This document shows positions 17,680 to 27,040 of a stretch of DNA of 64,000 nt, one piece after another. Below the pieces are notes generated by a model. That model was given only the letters and a program-made list of their open reading frames with translations, had not been told where the DNA came from and made no database searches. The position numbers were made by a program, and so were the translations under genes. How positions within the stretch are numbered: position 1 is the stretch's first letter; each line of letters opens with the position of its first letter. Source of the DNA: a virus (Duplodnaviria > Caudoviricetes); the IMG/VR virus record IMGVR_UViG_3300021387_000110, positions 3,130 through 67,129 of that record. One strand, given 5' to 3'.

Positions 17680-18712
17680 TTACAGCCTTGGGTGAGGTCT
17701 CCCATTTGATGTCGGCATTCAGCTTAATCAAAGCCTGTAACAGTTTCAACACTCTTACCTTCAAGGCGTTTGTATCAGTCAGACGCTTAACATCCTTCTC
17801 AAACGTCTGCGGTGTTTCAAGGTAATCAAAGGACTGTGTGCATACATACTTATTCAGGTCAAGTACAAAGTTGGTGTAGGTCTTGATAAACTGCTTCAAG
17901 TCTTTACCACTACGGTGTACTTCCTCAATGATGTTGAGGATTTCTACCTGCTGTTTGTTGATAAGGATATTCACCGACAGGGCTATCATAGTTTCGTAGT
18001 CTGCCACACCGAGAGCCTTGACTACATTCTCCAGAGATAGGGTCGAACTGAATGACAGACACTTATCCATCATTGTGATGGCGTCACGCATACCACCATC
18101 AGCTATCTTGGCAATATAGTCAAGTGCGGCGGGGTCAATATTCGTGAACTCATTTGCCTCCTGCTGTTCAGCATTGAGAATGTAGGTCAGTCTATTTACT
18201 ACACCCTTATGACTGATACGCTGGAAATCATACCGCTGTACACGGCTGAGGATTGTCTTTGGTATCTTCTGCGGGTCTGTTGTACAGAAAATAAAGATGG
18301 ACTTTGCAGGCGGCTCCTCTAACAACTTCAAGAATGCCTGCCAGCCGGTATTGCTGATAGAATGGCACTCGTCAATGATGAACACCTTATACTCGCTCTC
18401 AAGGCTCTTTGTCTTTGCCTGCTGTATGATTTCACGGACATCATCGACGGAACTGTTGCTCGCCGCGTCCATCTCAATGGGATTGCCTTCAAAATGATTT
18501 ATCTCGTTTGCAAAGATACGGGCACAAGTAGTCTTACCTGTGCCAGCACCACCGCAAAAGAGATAGGCATTCTTGGTCTCGTTGTCCTCTAACTGCTGCC
18601 GCAGGATAGTCTTGATAGCTCCCTGCTCTACAACATCATCGAAGGTACGAGGCCTGTACTTAATCGCCAAGCTCTTTTTTGCCATCATTATCCTCCTTCT
18701 TGGGACTCTCAA
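17624..18712 (-). CDS. dnaX: Clamp loader gamma/tau subunit
   Basis: LAIKYRPRTFDDVVEQ, GGAGTGKTT, IDECH, LLEEPP, ILSRVQRYDF. Confidence 0.95.
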   Translation of the reverse strand: MRVPRRRIMMAKKSLAIKYRPRTFDDVVEQGAIKTILRQQLEDNETKNAYLFCGGAGTGKTTCARIFANEINHFEGNPIEMDAASNSSVDDVREIIQQAKTKSLESEYKVFIIDECHSISNTGWQAFLKLLEEPPAKSIFIFCTTDPQKIPKTILSRVQRYDFQRISHKGVVNRLTYILNAEQQEANEFTNIDPAALDYIAKIADGGMRDAITMMDKCLSFSSTLSLENVVKALGVADYETMIALSVNILINKQQVEILNIIEEVHRSGKDLKQFIKTYTNFVLDLNKYVCTQSFDYLETPQTFEKDVKRLTDTNALKVRVLKLLQALIKLNADIKWETSPKAVIEATLIILCEEFINDRTD

Positions 18713-19106
18713 AACTCTTCAGGCTCTTAAATGCCATCGCCGCCACCTGTATAGCCTCACAGGCGAGATTTATGGCGTCCTCTTTGAGCTTATCCCACTC
18801 ACGCAAAGACGGCTCATTCGCCATCGTATTACCCCACACCCTATGCAGGTCATTCTTAACATCACTAAGGGCGTTATCGCACTCAATGACCTCCTCAAAC
18901 GTAACGGCACACGCTTCGTGTGGTGAATTATGCGTGGCACCAAACTGTTCGGCTGCTCTCTGGTATTCATCAAATACCAGAGGCGCTACATCAGCCTGTA
19001 ACTTCTTCATCATTCTCCTCTTCCTCCTCGATAGAATATTTAGCATAGGTGATTTTCTCACCGTATCTGTTTGTGCCCTTAACAATACTTGTCTTGATAG
19101 GCACAC
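18660..19106 (-). CDS. MazG-like all-alpha NTP pyrophosphohydrolase (putative)
   Basis: HNSPHEAxAVxxEE...EAIQVAAMA acidic helical motif. Confidence 0.55.
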   Translation of the reverse strand: MCLSRQVLLRAQTDTVRKSPMLNILSRRKRRMMKKLQADVAPLVFDEYQRAAEQFGATHNSPHEACAVTFEEVIECDNALSDVKNDLHRVWGNTMANEPSLREWDKLKEDAINLACEAIQVAAMAFKSLKSFESPKKEDNDGKKELGD

Positions 19107-19248
19107 CGACCTTGTGTCTTAGGTCATCTATAACAGCGGGCAGATTTGCTACACCGATATCAGCCATAGCTTGGGCTCTTGTAATGGACTCCTGTGTCTG
19201 CATATATCTCAGCACTCGGTCACATTGACGATTGCCTTTAGCTTTCAT
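18991..19248 (-). CDS. Helix-turn-helix protein
   Basis: QCDRVLRYM...ITRAQA...LPAVIDDLR. Confidence 0.65.
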   Translation of the reverse strand: MKAKGNRQCDRVLRYMQTQESITRAQAMADIGVANLPAVIDDLRHKVGVPIKTSIVKGTNRYGEKITYAKYSIEEEEENDEEVTG

Positions 19249-19552
19249 CTTCGTCCTCCTTTATGTCGAACAGCTTGACCAGCCTATCAAACTCAGCCTC
19301 GGGTTCACCATTCCAATTTTTGGAATTCACACTCGGGAAAGAAATGTACTTTCGGTCAGGTTCACTATTGTAGGAGTGAATTTCACAGCGGGTACCGAAC
19401 TCTTTGACCCCCTGACGCAGATGTTGATACTCTTGGGTAATCTCGTCAATCTTGGACATCAACTTATCCCGCTCACATTCAAGCTCCTCAATACGTCTGT
19501 CCTTTTCTTCGAGCTGTGCAATGGCATACTGCTCTAAGGTTTTAATCTCCAT
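19238..19552 (-). CDS. Hypothetical coiled-coil protein
   Basis: RBS AAGGAG; heptad pattern. Confidence 0.65.
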   Translation of the reverse strand: MEIKTLEQYAIAQLEEKDRRIEELECERDKLMSKIDEITQEYQHLRQGVKEFGTRCEIHSYNSEPDRKYISFPSVNSKNWNGEPEAEFDRLVKLFDIKEDEDES

Positions 19553-19565
19553 AGGTTTCTCCTTT

Positions 19566-20021
19566 CTACATAAATCGTGGCAAATCAGGCCGAATAATTA
19601 TCTCATAATTTCTACCAGATAAGTGATGAATACTTACCTTAATGTGGCACATAACCTCTCGGTCAACACTCTCTAAGGCTTTGCGTACTTCTCTAACCCA
19701 GATAGGTTCTACGGAACGCTCTTTTATCTCTGCGTAGTGGTTTAATTCCTCTTTGGTAAAAGAATAACCTCTGCCGCCTTCATAGTTGATATGCTCAACT
19801 ATGTCAGGAACCTCTGCGAAGTTCATTACGGTAACAGTAAGTCCTACATCACGGCCGCACACATCATTCCATAACATATACAGTCTACAACCTTTGATGT
19901 CGTTGTCCAACATTCTGCGTAATCCCTCATAACCAAGAGGAAAATTGACAGCTTGGGATGCAAATGCAGCCGCACCAGGATTACCGTCTGATACTGATAA
20001 TACAAAACTCAAGGTATCCAT
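19566..20021 (-). CDS. Hypothetical protein
   Basis: SDGNPGA...IKGCRLYMLWNDVCGRD pattern recalled from phage family; RBS. Confidence 0.7.
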   Translation of the reverse strand: MDTLSFVLSVSDGNPGAAAFASQAVNFPLGYEGLRRMLDNDIKGCRLYMLWNDVCGRDVGLTVTVMNFAEVPDIVEHINYEGGRGYSFTKEELNHYAEIKERSVEPIWVREVRKALESVDREVMCHIKVSIHHLSGRNYEIIIRPDLPRFM

Positions 20022-20022
20022 A

Positions 20023-20352
20023 TTATTCTCCTTCTAAATACTCTACCAGTTTTCTGAAAAGGTCCTCGTCTATGACATAGTACCTATCACCCGCACCGAA
20101 ATCAAACGCTACTGCCGAATAGTCTTTGTGCATAGCAAAAGCCTCTTCCTTGTTCTTCTCAAACCACTCCTCTTTCAAGGAGAATGACCGCCTGTGTTCT
20201 GTACAGGTCTTACATTCAATCAGGAATGACTTGGTTCTTACATCACCCTTGCTAAAGGCGGTGGCACCACTGTTAGCAGTCTGCTTACCGCCCACCGCCT
20301 TAGCAACTTTACGTTCCTGTTGATTTGAATAGAAACGGGTGGGGCGGGGCAT
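20023..20352 (-). CDS. PD-(D/E)xK Holliday-junction-resolvase-like nuclease
   Basis: SGATAFSKGDV...LIECKT. Confidence 0.75.
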   Translation of the reverse strand: MPRPTRFYSNQQERKVAKAVGGKQTANSGATAFSKGDVRTKSFLIECKTCTEHRRSFSLKEEWFEKNKEEAFAMHKDYSAVAFDFGAGDRYYVIDEDLFRKLVEYLEGE

Positions 20353-21212
20353 TATACACCCAGCTCCTTAAGCTCCTTAAACAGGTCAGCAACGTCGGGG
20401 TTAATCTGAGCGTAGCGGGCATACTTATCCAGCTCGTTCATCTTGGCAATCTCGGCGTCCATCTTCTTCATCAGCTTGGCAGCCTTCTCACGCTTCTCCT
20501 GACGAGCGAGGTACTTAGCGTTGTCAACCACTGCACAGATTTCCTCTGTGATGGTATGAGAGCCGTCGTAGTCCTCAACAGACATAAGGCTGTCAACGGT
20601 CAAATTCTGACCGGACGCTCTGCCGGTAACCTGCACAATGGTGCCGACTTCGATTTCTTCATCATACACCGCATAGTAATACGGATTTGAGCCGAGATTA
20701 ACACCGGCTACCTTCTTATAGCCGGTCAACGGCTTCTTTTCACAACAACAGTTTGCCATAGAATTGTCCTCCTTGTTTTTATTAAAATTGGTTAAAACTT
20801 TCTTTGCTCTGTCTAAGGACTCGATTACTTCATCAATATCCATCAACGATACATCATACGGACGAATGTTCTGGTACTTATACCAAATAACTGCGTGAGC
20901 CATAGCGTTTATACAACCGTCAGCGCCATTGAGTCGGACCATCTGTACTCCCCTCTCATACGCACAAGCTGTTCCTGTAGTCAAGATTTCTACTTCCGCA
21001 GAAGTTTGTCCTAATGTGCGTATTCTACCTATACACCCATAGGTTTTAAAGTTCTCGTTAGTGACAAACACCAACTTATTGACATTAAAGTTCCTCACTC
21101 GAACAGGCTGACCTAAATCAACTGTCATACAATCATCTAAGACACTACGACTAAAGCATCCTAACGGGTCATACATACTTTCACCTCCTTTACAAATTTT
21201 TGGTAACGTCAC
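20352..21212 (-). CDS. Hypothetical protein with strong internal in-frame start (MANCCC)
   Basis: 286 aa ORF; AGGAGG precedes internal ATG near 20758. Confidence 0.6.
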   Translation of the reverse strand: MTLPKICKGGESMYDPLGCFSRSVLDDCMTVDLGQPVRVRNFNVNKLVFVTNENFKTYGCIGRIRTLGQTSAEVEILTTGTACAYERGVQMVRLNGADGCINAMAHAVIWYKYQNIRPYDVSLMDIDEVIESLDRAKKVLTNFNKNKEDNSMANCCCEKKPLTGYKKVAGVNLGSNPYYYAVYDEEIEVGTIVQVTGRASGQNLTVDSLMSVEDYDGSHTITEEICAVVDNAKYLARQEKREKAAKLMKKMDAEIAKMNELDKYARYAQINPDVADLFKELKELGV

Positions 21213-21441
21213 GAATGATAGCCAGATAACTATCCATATTGACGTTAATTGCTACGGTGTGCCCGTTTGTGTAAGTTACGGTAACAATCTCGTTATCGTC
21301 AAGCTCCGCACCCACAATACGTTCACGGGTTTGGGACAACAGCTCTCCCAGATTATGAACAAAATGCTTACGGTCTTTAAGAGCAAAGTCGTCACTTACG
21401 AACATAGCCTGGGTTTCATTAGCCATTACACTCTCTGCCAT
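21190..21441 (-). CDS. Hypothetical protein
   Basis: GAGGAGG RBS after promoter 21475. Confidence 0.7.
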   Translation of the reverse strand: MAESVMANETQAMFVSDDFALKDRKHFVHNLGELLSQTRERIVGAELDDNEIVTVTYTNGHTVAINVNMDSYLAIIRDVTKNL

Positions 21442-21474
21442 TTCAGCACCTCCTCTCTGTTCTTCACTATAAAT

Positions 21475-21503
21475 ATTATACTACACATTTACAGCCAATG
21501 CAA
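21475..21503 (-). promoter_or_regulatory. sigmaA-type promoter, same family
   Basis: TTGCAT-17-TATAAT, AAATGTGTAGTATAATATT. Confidence 0.85.
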
Positions 21504-21507
21504 GCGG

Positions 21508-21888
21508 CTAAAACAACTTTCTTGCTTTGGTCTTTTTGGTAATCTTTGGCTTTGGTGGTAGTTTTATTTCAGGTTTCTTTTCTTCAGGTAGCCCGAGAAG
21601 TTTTCGAGCCTTAGTTTCTATCCACGGTTCATCAAGAGGCAGAAATGCTCCCGAGCTACCATCCCAATCTTCAAAACCTTTTCTGAATGGTACCTGTTTC
21701 TCTATGTCCGGGTACTTATTCTGCAACTCAGCCAACTCCACTGCCCACGCTGACCATTGATGGTCTGTAACTATGTTATCATCCATTCGATAGTATATGT
21801 AGGAGTGGACAAGCATTTGGAGTCGGCGTTGTTGTATCTTTTCGGCAATCTTTAATTCTTCGCCGCTGAATATGTCATACAGTTTCAT
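21508..21888 (-). CDS. Stand-alone NAD-dependent DNA ligase N-terminal (Ia)-like domain
   Basis: RLQMLVHSYIYYRMDDNIVTDHQW...ELAELQNKYP matches HxYxYYxxDxPxxxDxxYD...LxxLExxxP; no KxDG adenylation domain. Confidence 0.75.
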   Translation of the reverse strand: MKLYDIFSGEELKIAEKIQQRRLQMLVHSYIYYRMDDNIVTDHQWSAWAVELAELQNKYPDIEKQVPFRKGFEDWDGSSGAFLPLDEPWIETKARKLLGLPEEKKPEIKLPPKPKITKKTKARKLF

Positions 21889-22225
21889 TGTTTATACCGA
21901 ACATCAGCGATAAGGTCTTATCAAACGCAGCCATTTCTATGGGATTTAATATGCCGATGAAATCACCTATCTTGCTGACATCTACTGTGGTTATTTGTTC
22001 GCATAATATCTGTCCAGGACGGTCTCTTACATAGCACTTAGGGTGAAATGCAAAGCCGTCGAGCTTAGTTGTTAAAGGACACACGGTAATGATTGCAGGG
22101 TTTGTTCTTCCCCATCCGGTGTTCACTACAACACACGGTCTTAAATTGCCTTGAATATAAGAGTTCGGGTCAAGAGGTAAGTCTACCCAATATACTCTAC
22201 CCTTTTTGTAGAACATTTGGTACAC
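21875..22225 (-). CDS. PemK/MazF-family protein
   Basis: GRVYWVDLP...QGNLRPCVVV...VCPLTT...LCEQITTVD. Confidence 0.8.
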   Translation of the reverse strand: MYQMFYKKGRVYWVDLPLDPNSYIQGNLRPCVVVNTGWGRTNPAIITVCPLTTKLDGFAFHPKCYVRDRPGQILCEQITTVDVSKIGDFIGILNPIEMAAFDKTLSLMFGINNETV

Positions 22226-22234
22226 CCCCCCCCA

Positions 22235-22459
22235 TTATGCCTCGATAATAACGAAGGCGGTTTTGGGATTATCGTCCGACGCCTCAGTTACTTCTTCGAC
22301 GGTCATTCTTCTTACTGCCTTAAGGCGTGCCGTTGTATGACTTTTGCCGTAATTGCCATCATCACACGCCGTCAGTCTATACAGCCTCGGGTCTTGGTAG
22401 TGTTCCTTAACGAACTCTGCTGATACTTGGGTTACTTTCATTTGTTTATTTACCTCCAC
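22235..22459 (-). CDS. Hypothetical protein
   Basis: Short ORF in overlapping array. Confidence 0.55.
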   Translation of the reverse strand: MEVNKQMKVTQVSAEFVKEHYQDPRLYRLTACDDGNYGKSHTTARLKAVRRMTVEEVTEASDDNPKTAFVIIEA

Positions 22460-22838
22460 ATTCTAAATAATTGGTACATATTTTCACAGCGGCCTCAATC
22501 ACGGGTGCCGGAGCTGTAAACACGTTCATTATACAGCCGTTATCCCGAGTAGCAAAAGGACAACTGCACGGGCCGTTAGTTTTGTGATGATACCTACACC
22601 AGGCCATCATATACTCTTTCATAAGTTCATCCTGAGTGGGCTTATCATAACCCGCTAACTTTTTTTGGGACACTCTTATGTAGGCATTTTCAATCGTGTC
22701 CGTATCTGCCATTCCTCGAGGCATAAAACAATCGTGTTTGCCATTGTAAAGAGGACACTTACTTTCAGCGTTCATACAAAAATGGCCATAGGAATCGCAC
22801 ATCTTTATTAACTCGCAGAGCTTTTCTCTTGTGCCCAT
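22446..22838 (-). CDS. Cys-rich protein with two C-x8/9-C-x5-CP-x6-C repeats
   Basis: CDSYGHFCMNAESKCPLYNGKHDC and WCRYHHKTNGPCSCPFATRDNGC. Confidence 0.7.
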   Translation of the reverse strand: MGTREKLCELIKMCDSYGHFCMNAESKCPLYNGKHDCFMPRGMADTDTIENAYIRVSQKKLAGYDKPTQDELMKEYMMAWCRYHHKTNGPCSCPFATRDNGCIMNVFTAPAPVIEAAVKICTNYLECGGK

Positions 22839-22849
22839 TATCCTACCTC

Positions 22850-23070
22850 CTTTTCACCAGAAATAAGATTGCAAACGGTCCAGATTAACCAAGCGATAAT
22901 GCTCATTACTTTTCTCCTTTCACATAATGACTTACTACGTCCTGTCGATTGATGATGTTAAGTATATCCTCAGCCGTAGGCTCTATATCACCTCTCGGCG
23001 TGTAGTAGATAACACGGACGACTTCGTCCACTAATGTCTGTTTGTCGATTAAAGGTCTTATCTCACTCAC
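22850..23070 (-). CDS. Hypothetical protein (GTG start, approximate ends)
   Basis: Manual translation MSEIRPLIDKQTLVDEVV...; GGAGGTGG RBS; GTGA overlap. Confidence 0.5.
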
Positions 23071-23333
23071 AGTACCACCTCCTTCAAGTCTAAAAAGGCA
23101 AACGTGCAGCCGTGCAACTCAGCAGCCTCAAGACTGCCGAAACCAACACCGGTTCTTCTGCAAAAACACCGCACGGGTGCGTTCTTATGTGTCATACGTC
23201 CCATAATAACCTGGGAATTTATATCCACATATTTTTCTAATTGTGGACAATCTGCACATCTTGTTATAGCGGCAACTCTCATTCGATTACCTCCTTCTCT
23301 ACAATAGAGGACTTGATTATCCAGCCCTCCCAT
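23067..23333 (-). CDS. Hypothetical Cys-containing protein
   Basis: RBS AGGAGG before MRVAA; CxxCP, CxC, C. Confidence 0.6.
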   Translation of the reverse strand: MGGLDNQVLYCREGGNRMRVAAITRCADCPQLEKYVDINSQVIMGRMTHKNAPVRCFCRRTGVGFGSLEAAELHGCTFAFLDLKEVVL

Positions 23334-23863
23334 TTGATTTGCTGTAGGTATTCTCGTCTGTACTTCTCAACAGCCTCTTTCAGGTCTTCGTCGCTCTCAA
23401 ACGGATTGACATAATTATGCCCGCCGCACTCAGGTCCCATACCAAAGTATTGACTGACGGGATTTGTTATAGGTCTTCCACACTTCATACAATGCTGGGT
23501 AATCGTGCCTGTAATGTCGCCGTGTAGTTTCATATACACCATACCAGGTGTTTCTTTCTCCACGGTGCCCACCATTGTTCTTAACGGCATTGGGATGTTA
23601 TTATTCCACTTTGCCATAAAATCAAAGTTAGGATTTGCGGGCTTTGTCATATACTGTCTGACTGTAACTCTGTACACAGCTTGTGGAGTATCTGTAAAAC
23701 GTGTTTTATTACGTTCTACTGCACGTTCGGCGTGAGATAATAAAAGTATATTCTTTACGTCTTTAACGTCACCGGCGAGCTTGGAGAGAGCGTCTTGTTT
23801 TTCGTACTTTTTGCCATCAATCTCTATAACTCCCGGCCATTGTTTGATTAGGTCTTGTAACAT
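23279..23863 (-). CDS. DUF6011-like domain protein
   Basis: CMKCGRPITNPVSQYFGMGPECG. Confidence 0.75.
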   Translation of the reverse strand: MLQDLIKQWPGVIEIDGKKYEKQDALSKLAGDVKDVKNILLLSHAERAVERNKTRFTDTPQAVYRVTVRQYMTKPANPNFDFMAKWNNNIPMPLRTMVGTVEKETPGMVYMKLHGDITGTITQHCMKCGRPITNPVSQYFGMGPECGGHNYVNPFESDEDLKEAVEKYRREYLQQIKWEGWIIKSSIVEKEVIE

Positions 23864-23893
23864 AGTTTCAACTCCTTTCGTTCATCTACTAAT

Positions 23894-23922
23894 ATTATAC
23901 TACATATTTAGTGCAAATGCAA
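23894..23922 (-). promoter_or_regulatory. sigmaA-type promoter, same family
   Basis: TTGCAT-17-TATAAT, AAATATGTAGTATAATATT. Confidence 0.85.
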
Positions 23923-23955
23923 GCGGCAAGCACGAAAAATACTTGCCGCTATTAC

Positions 23956-24984
23956 TCAGTCCATATATATTCTACGGTCTATATAGTCCTCAATGATTGA
24001 GAGAGTGTCCTCATTCTCCTCTGCACCGAGATAGTCATACACCTTAGCCTGTCCTTGGAGCTTCTCGATAAGCTCACCCGTATCAGGATTGACGATACTA
24101 AACCAAGCTCCTGACTTCTCTATGAGGCCGTACTTCATAGCAACCTCAATAAGGTCTTTGAGATAGTCAATGCCGTACTCATAGTTGAGAGTATAGAACC
24201 CTGTTCTACGAGTGGGCGGGCAACTCTTATTCTTGGTCATACTCATAAGCACATAGTTACCAGCAGGTGTTTCTGCGGACGCTTTCATATCGGCACCCGT
24301 TTCATCTATGTACTTGCCCTTGCTGAACTGTAAACGGACACAGCAGTAATGTTTCCACGCTCTGCCACCAGGTGTCTTTACTGCCCCGCCCCACATAGCA
24401 CCGAGGTCATCACGGAGCTGATTGATACCAATGCCTGTACAGTTATGCCTCTGCATAAGCATTGTGACTTTTCTACCGAACACAGTCAACGGAGCGGAAA
24501 TGCCAGCATACGTCTTTTCTTCCATTGTACGTTCAAGCTCCTGCTTTGACGAGAGGGCGCCTATGCTGTCAAGCACCCATAAACCAACTTCACCTGTATC
24601 AACGGCGTCAAGGATAAATTGGAATATTTCTTCGGCACTCTGTGTTGTAGGCTTAAACACAAGCAGGTCATCTACCTCTACACCGAGCTTCTTTGCCCAC
24701 TCAACATCAAGGGTATTCTCGGCGTCAACATACAGCACCTTACGAGCGTCCTCCATCTGCTGGTAGTTGGCAATCAAGTCAAGGGCTGTCGTAGTCTTGC
24801 CGCCGTGTTCTTCACCGTACAACTCTGTAATCTTACCCATCGGTATGCCGCCGAACGTACAGTAATTCATACGAGGACTGGTGAAAGGAATACGTTTGTG
24901 CTGATATGTAGGTATGCCTACTGACACGAGGTCCTCTTTGGACTTCTTATTCATATTCTTTATGACTTCATCCAGTTTTGACAT
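23956..24984 (-). CDS. recA: RecA/UvsX-family recombinase
   Basis: Walker A GEEHGGKTT, YVDAENTLD, WVLDSIGAL, GINQLR, TPGGRAWKH. Confidence 0.95.
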   Translation of the reverse strand: MSKLDEVIKNMNKKSKEDLVSVGIPTYQHKRIPFTSPRMNYCTFGGIPMGKITELYGEEHGGKTTTALDLIANYQQMEDARKVLYVDAENTLDVEWAKKLGVEVDDLLVFKPTTQSAEEIFQFILDAVDTGEVGLWVLDSIGALSSKQELERTMEEKTYAGISAPLTVFGRKVTMLMQRHNCTGIGINQLRDDLGAMWGGAVKTPGGRAWKHYCCVRLQFSKGKYIDETGADMKASAETPAGNYVLMSMTKNKSCPPTRRTGFYTLNYEYGIDYLKDLIEVAMKYGLIEKSGAWFSIVNPDTGELIEKLQGQAKVYDYLGAEENEDTLSIIEDYIDRRIYMD

Positions 24985-25535
24985 TACTGTACCTCCACAA
25001 TAATGTACTTACGACTGGCGAGGTAGTCACACAGATGGACAAACTTCTGAGCAGGCGTCTCGGGAACAGGCATTTCCACACTCTTGGTCTTATTCCACTG
25101 CCCCATATGAGAGGCAATCAGCTCGGCAACATAGTCAAAACCCTCTGCCATTTCCTCGTCAAAATTCTTGTGGGCATAAGCTCGGATGTTTTCTGCCGCA
25201 ATTACAGGATGTTCTGATACTGTAAACGGCGAAGCCGGTACACCGTGCTTAAAGGTATCGTGCAACAGAATTGCCACAAGAATAGCGTCCTCATCCAACG
25301 CTTCGTACTGCTTCAAATTGAGCAGGTCTTTGGCAATCTTAAATGCCGCCTTTGTATGTCTTACAAGGCCACCATAGCCAAGGGAGTACCACGGATGATA
25401 CTTGCCCGTTGAGCTTGCGGGCACATCATAGAAATAGTCAGGCACAAGCTCGTCTAAAATTTCTCTGGCACACTCTCTGTATTTGTGGTTGCTGATTAAG
25501 TCAAGCTCACCACGAAAAATGTCACTCTTTCTCAT
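24984..25535 (-). CDS. HD-domain phosphohydrolase
   Basis: PASSTGKYHP, LVRHT, LLHDTFK, SHMG, HLCDYLASR. Confidence 0.85.
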   Translation of the reverse strand: MRKSDIFRGELDLISNHKYRECAREILDELVPDYFYDVPASSTGKYHPWYSLGYGGLVRHTKAAFKIAKDLLNLKQYEALDEDAILVAILLHDTFKHGVPASPFTVSEHPVIAAENIRAYAHKNFDEEMAEGFDYVAELIASHMGQWNKTKSVEMPVPETPAQKFVHLCDYLASRKYIIVEVQ

Positions 25536-25549
25536 TGTCTTTTGTCCTC

Positions 25550-25783
25550 CTAATCGTCAAATATTGCCACGATAATGATAAGCAACAGCCATATTGCCGC
25601 ATAAATCCAGACGGGAGATATTACCCACCACCAGGACCAACTGATTACGTTACACAATTTCAGCGTAACGAACACTACGGTCAACAATACAGCCAACAGA
25701 CTGCCGCAGCCCATTCGTGAACTATTTTCCTTGTTCATTCTGCACCTCTCCTGTAATAATGTCGCTATAAGGTAAGCTCTCAA
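25550..25783 (-). CDS. Small two-TM membrane protein
   Basis: LLTVVFVTLKLCNVISWSWWWVISPVW pattern. Confidence 0.7.
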   Translation of the reverse strand: MRAYLIATLLQERCRMNKENSSRMGCGSLLAVLLTVVFVTLKLCNVISWSWWWVISPVWIYAAIWLLLIIIVAIFDD

Positions 25784-26405
25784 TCCAATCGCAGAACGTG
25801 TGCCATTCGTCCAGCTTATGGTCTCTACGCCACCTGTATATATTTACCAGCACTTCGTAACTGAGCATTACGGTACGGCGCTGATTATAGCTTGACGGTA
25901 AGGTCTGTATCATACCCCACCAAAATCTCTTGTCTTTGGTCTCAAGGTATCTACGTCTGAAATAGTTGAGCACCGTAAGAGTATGGTCAGTAATAGCGTG
26001 TGCAACGCCTGACGGCTCTGGCACTTCTTCAAGGTGTTCCCAACTGAAATCATCCTCGGTGAACTCCTTGCTGTGGATTTTGTGCATTGTCGAACAGCTA
26101 TTGGCTACGGTGCCTACCTTATAGGTGTCGAACTCTTTCCACCAGTACAACGGAGCGGTGATGTCGAGGTATACCACTATCATTCTACGATATTTGGCGT
26201 GAACAGGACCGCCTGCTGCCAATGCGTTCATTAGTTTTAGGTCATTTTCACCCACCTCAACGAACAAAGGGAAATCTTCATTGATAGGTTCCACGTGGTG
26301 TTCAACCACTTTACTATCACTTTTTGCCCAACTGTTCATCGGGTTTCGCATACCTCGTATAGCGGGCTCAAGGCCCACAATCTGGACATTTTCAATCTTT
26401 AACAT
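25722..26405 (-). CDS. ThyX/Thy1-like flavin-fold protein (divergent)
   Basis: HAKYRRMI...APLYWWKEFDTYKVGTVANSCSTMH...LPSSYNQRRT...RRDHKLDEW; canonical RHR motif absent. Confidence 0.7.
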   Translation of the reverse strand: MLKIENVQIVGLEPAIRGMRNPMNSWAKSDSKVVEHHVEPINEDFPLFVEVGENDLKLMNALAAGGPVHAKYRRMIVVYLDITAPLYWWKEFDTYKVGTVANSCSTMHKIHSKEFTEDDFSWEHLEEVPEPSGVAHAITDHTLTVLNYFRRRYLETKDKRFWWGMIQTLPSSYNQRRTVMLSYEVLVNIYRWRRDHKLDEWHTFCDWIESLPYSDIITGEVQNEQGK

Positions 26406-26406
26406 A

Positions 26407-26751
26407 CTAATCCTCCAAAATCTTTATAATGGCCATAGACTGCTCATAAGTCAACATTGTATCAGCTACCAACTGCTTTGCAGTCTTACGAGCATCACGT
26501 TCCAATTGTGCCTGAATAATATACTCCTCAAGTTCTTTTGTCCACGGACGTAGATACATAGAATGGCCCCAAATATCCTGTGACATTTCGTTTCCGTGCT
26601 TATCAAAAAATACTGACGGATTATACTTCACACGAACACGGCCTGTAGGTGTTATTTTAATAATGGTAGTTACAATCAGTCCACCGGTACGATTTACCAA
26701 TACAACCTTATCACCTACATTAAGGGTAGAAAAATCAAACGGCTTTTCCAT
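26407..26751 (-). CDS. Hypothetical protein
   Basis: LNVGDKVV...KITPTGRVRV beta-barrel-like pattern. Confidence 0.65.
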   Translation of the reverse strand: MEKPFDFSTLNVGDKVVLVNRTGGLIVTTIIKITPTGRVRVKYNPSVFFDKHGNEMSQDIWGHSMYLRPWTKELEEYIIQAQLERDARKTAKQLVADTMLTYEQSMAIIKILED

Positions 26752-27040
26752 AATACGGCGCTATCTCCTTTTCAAGTTTTCTGAATACTTCCATTTCAGG
26801 CCTAAGCTCTACAGGATGTTTCTTAATAAGCTCAACAGCCATCTGGAAATAATTTTTAGCCTTCTCAATATCTTTTTCAGCGCCCGCTTTCTCGCCAGCC
26901 CTGTATATATATTTATAGGCATTTAACAGCTCAAAGTGAAAGGTCTCTTTCACTCCAAACTTTTCTTCCATCTCCACAATACACTCTTTACGGCCAGGCA
27001 GATTATAGTGGTCAGGATGATATACTTGCTCACTCAACAT
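26735..27040 (-). CDS. DUF3310-family protein
   Basis: VYHPDHY...ECI...NAYKYIYRAGEK...DIEKA. Confidence 0.85.
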   Translation of the reverse strand: MLSEQVYHPDHYNLPGRKECIVEMEEKFGVKETFHFELLNAYKYIYRAGEKAGAEKDIEKAKNYFQMAVELIKKHPVELRPEMEVFRKLEKEIAPYYGKAV

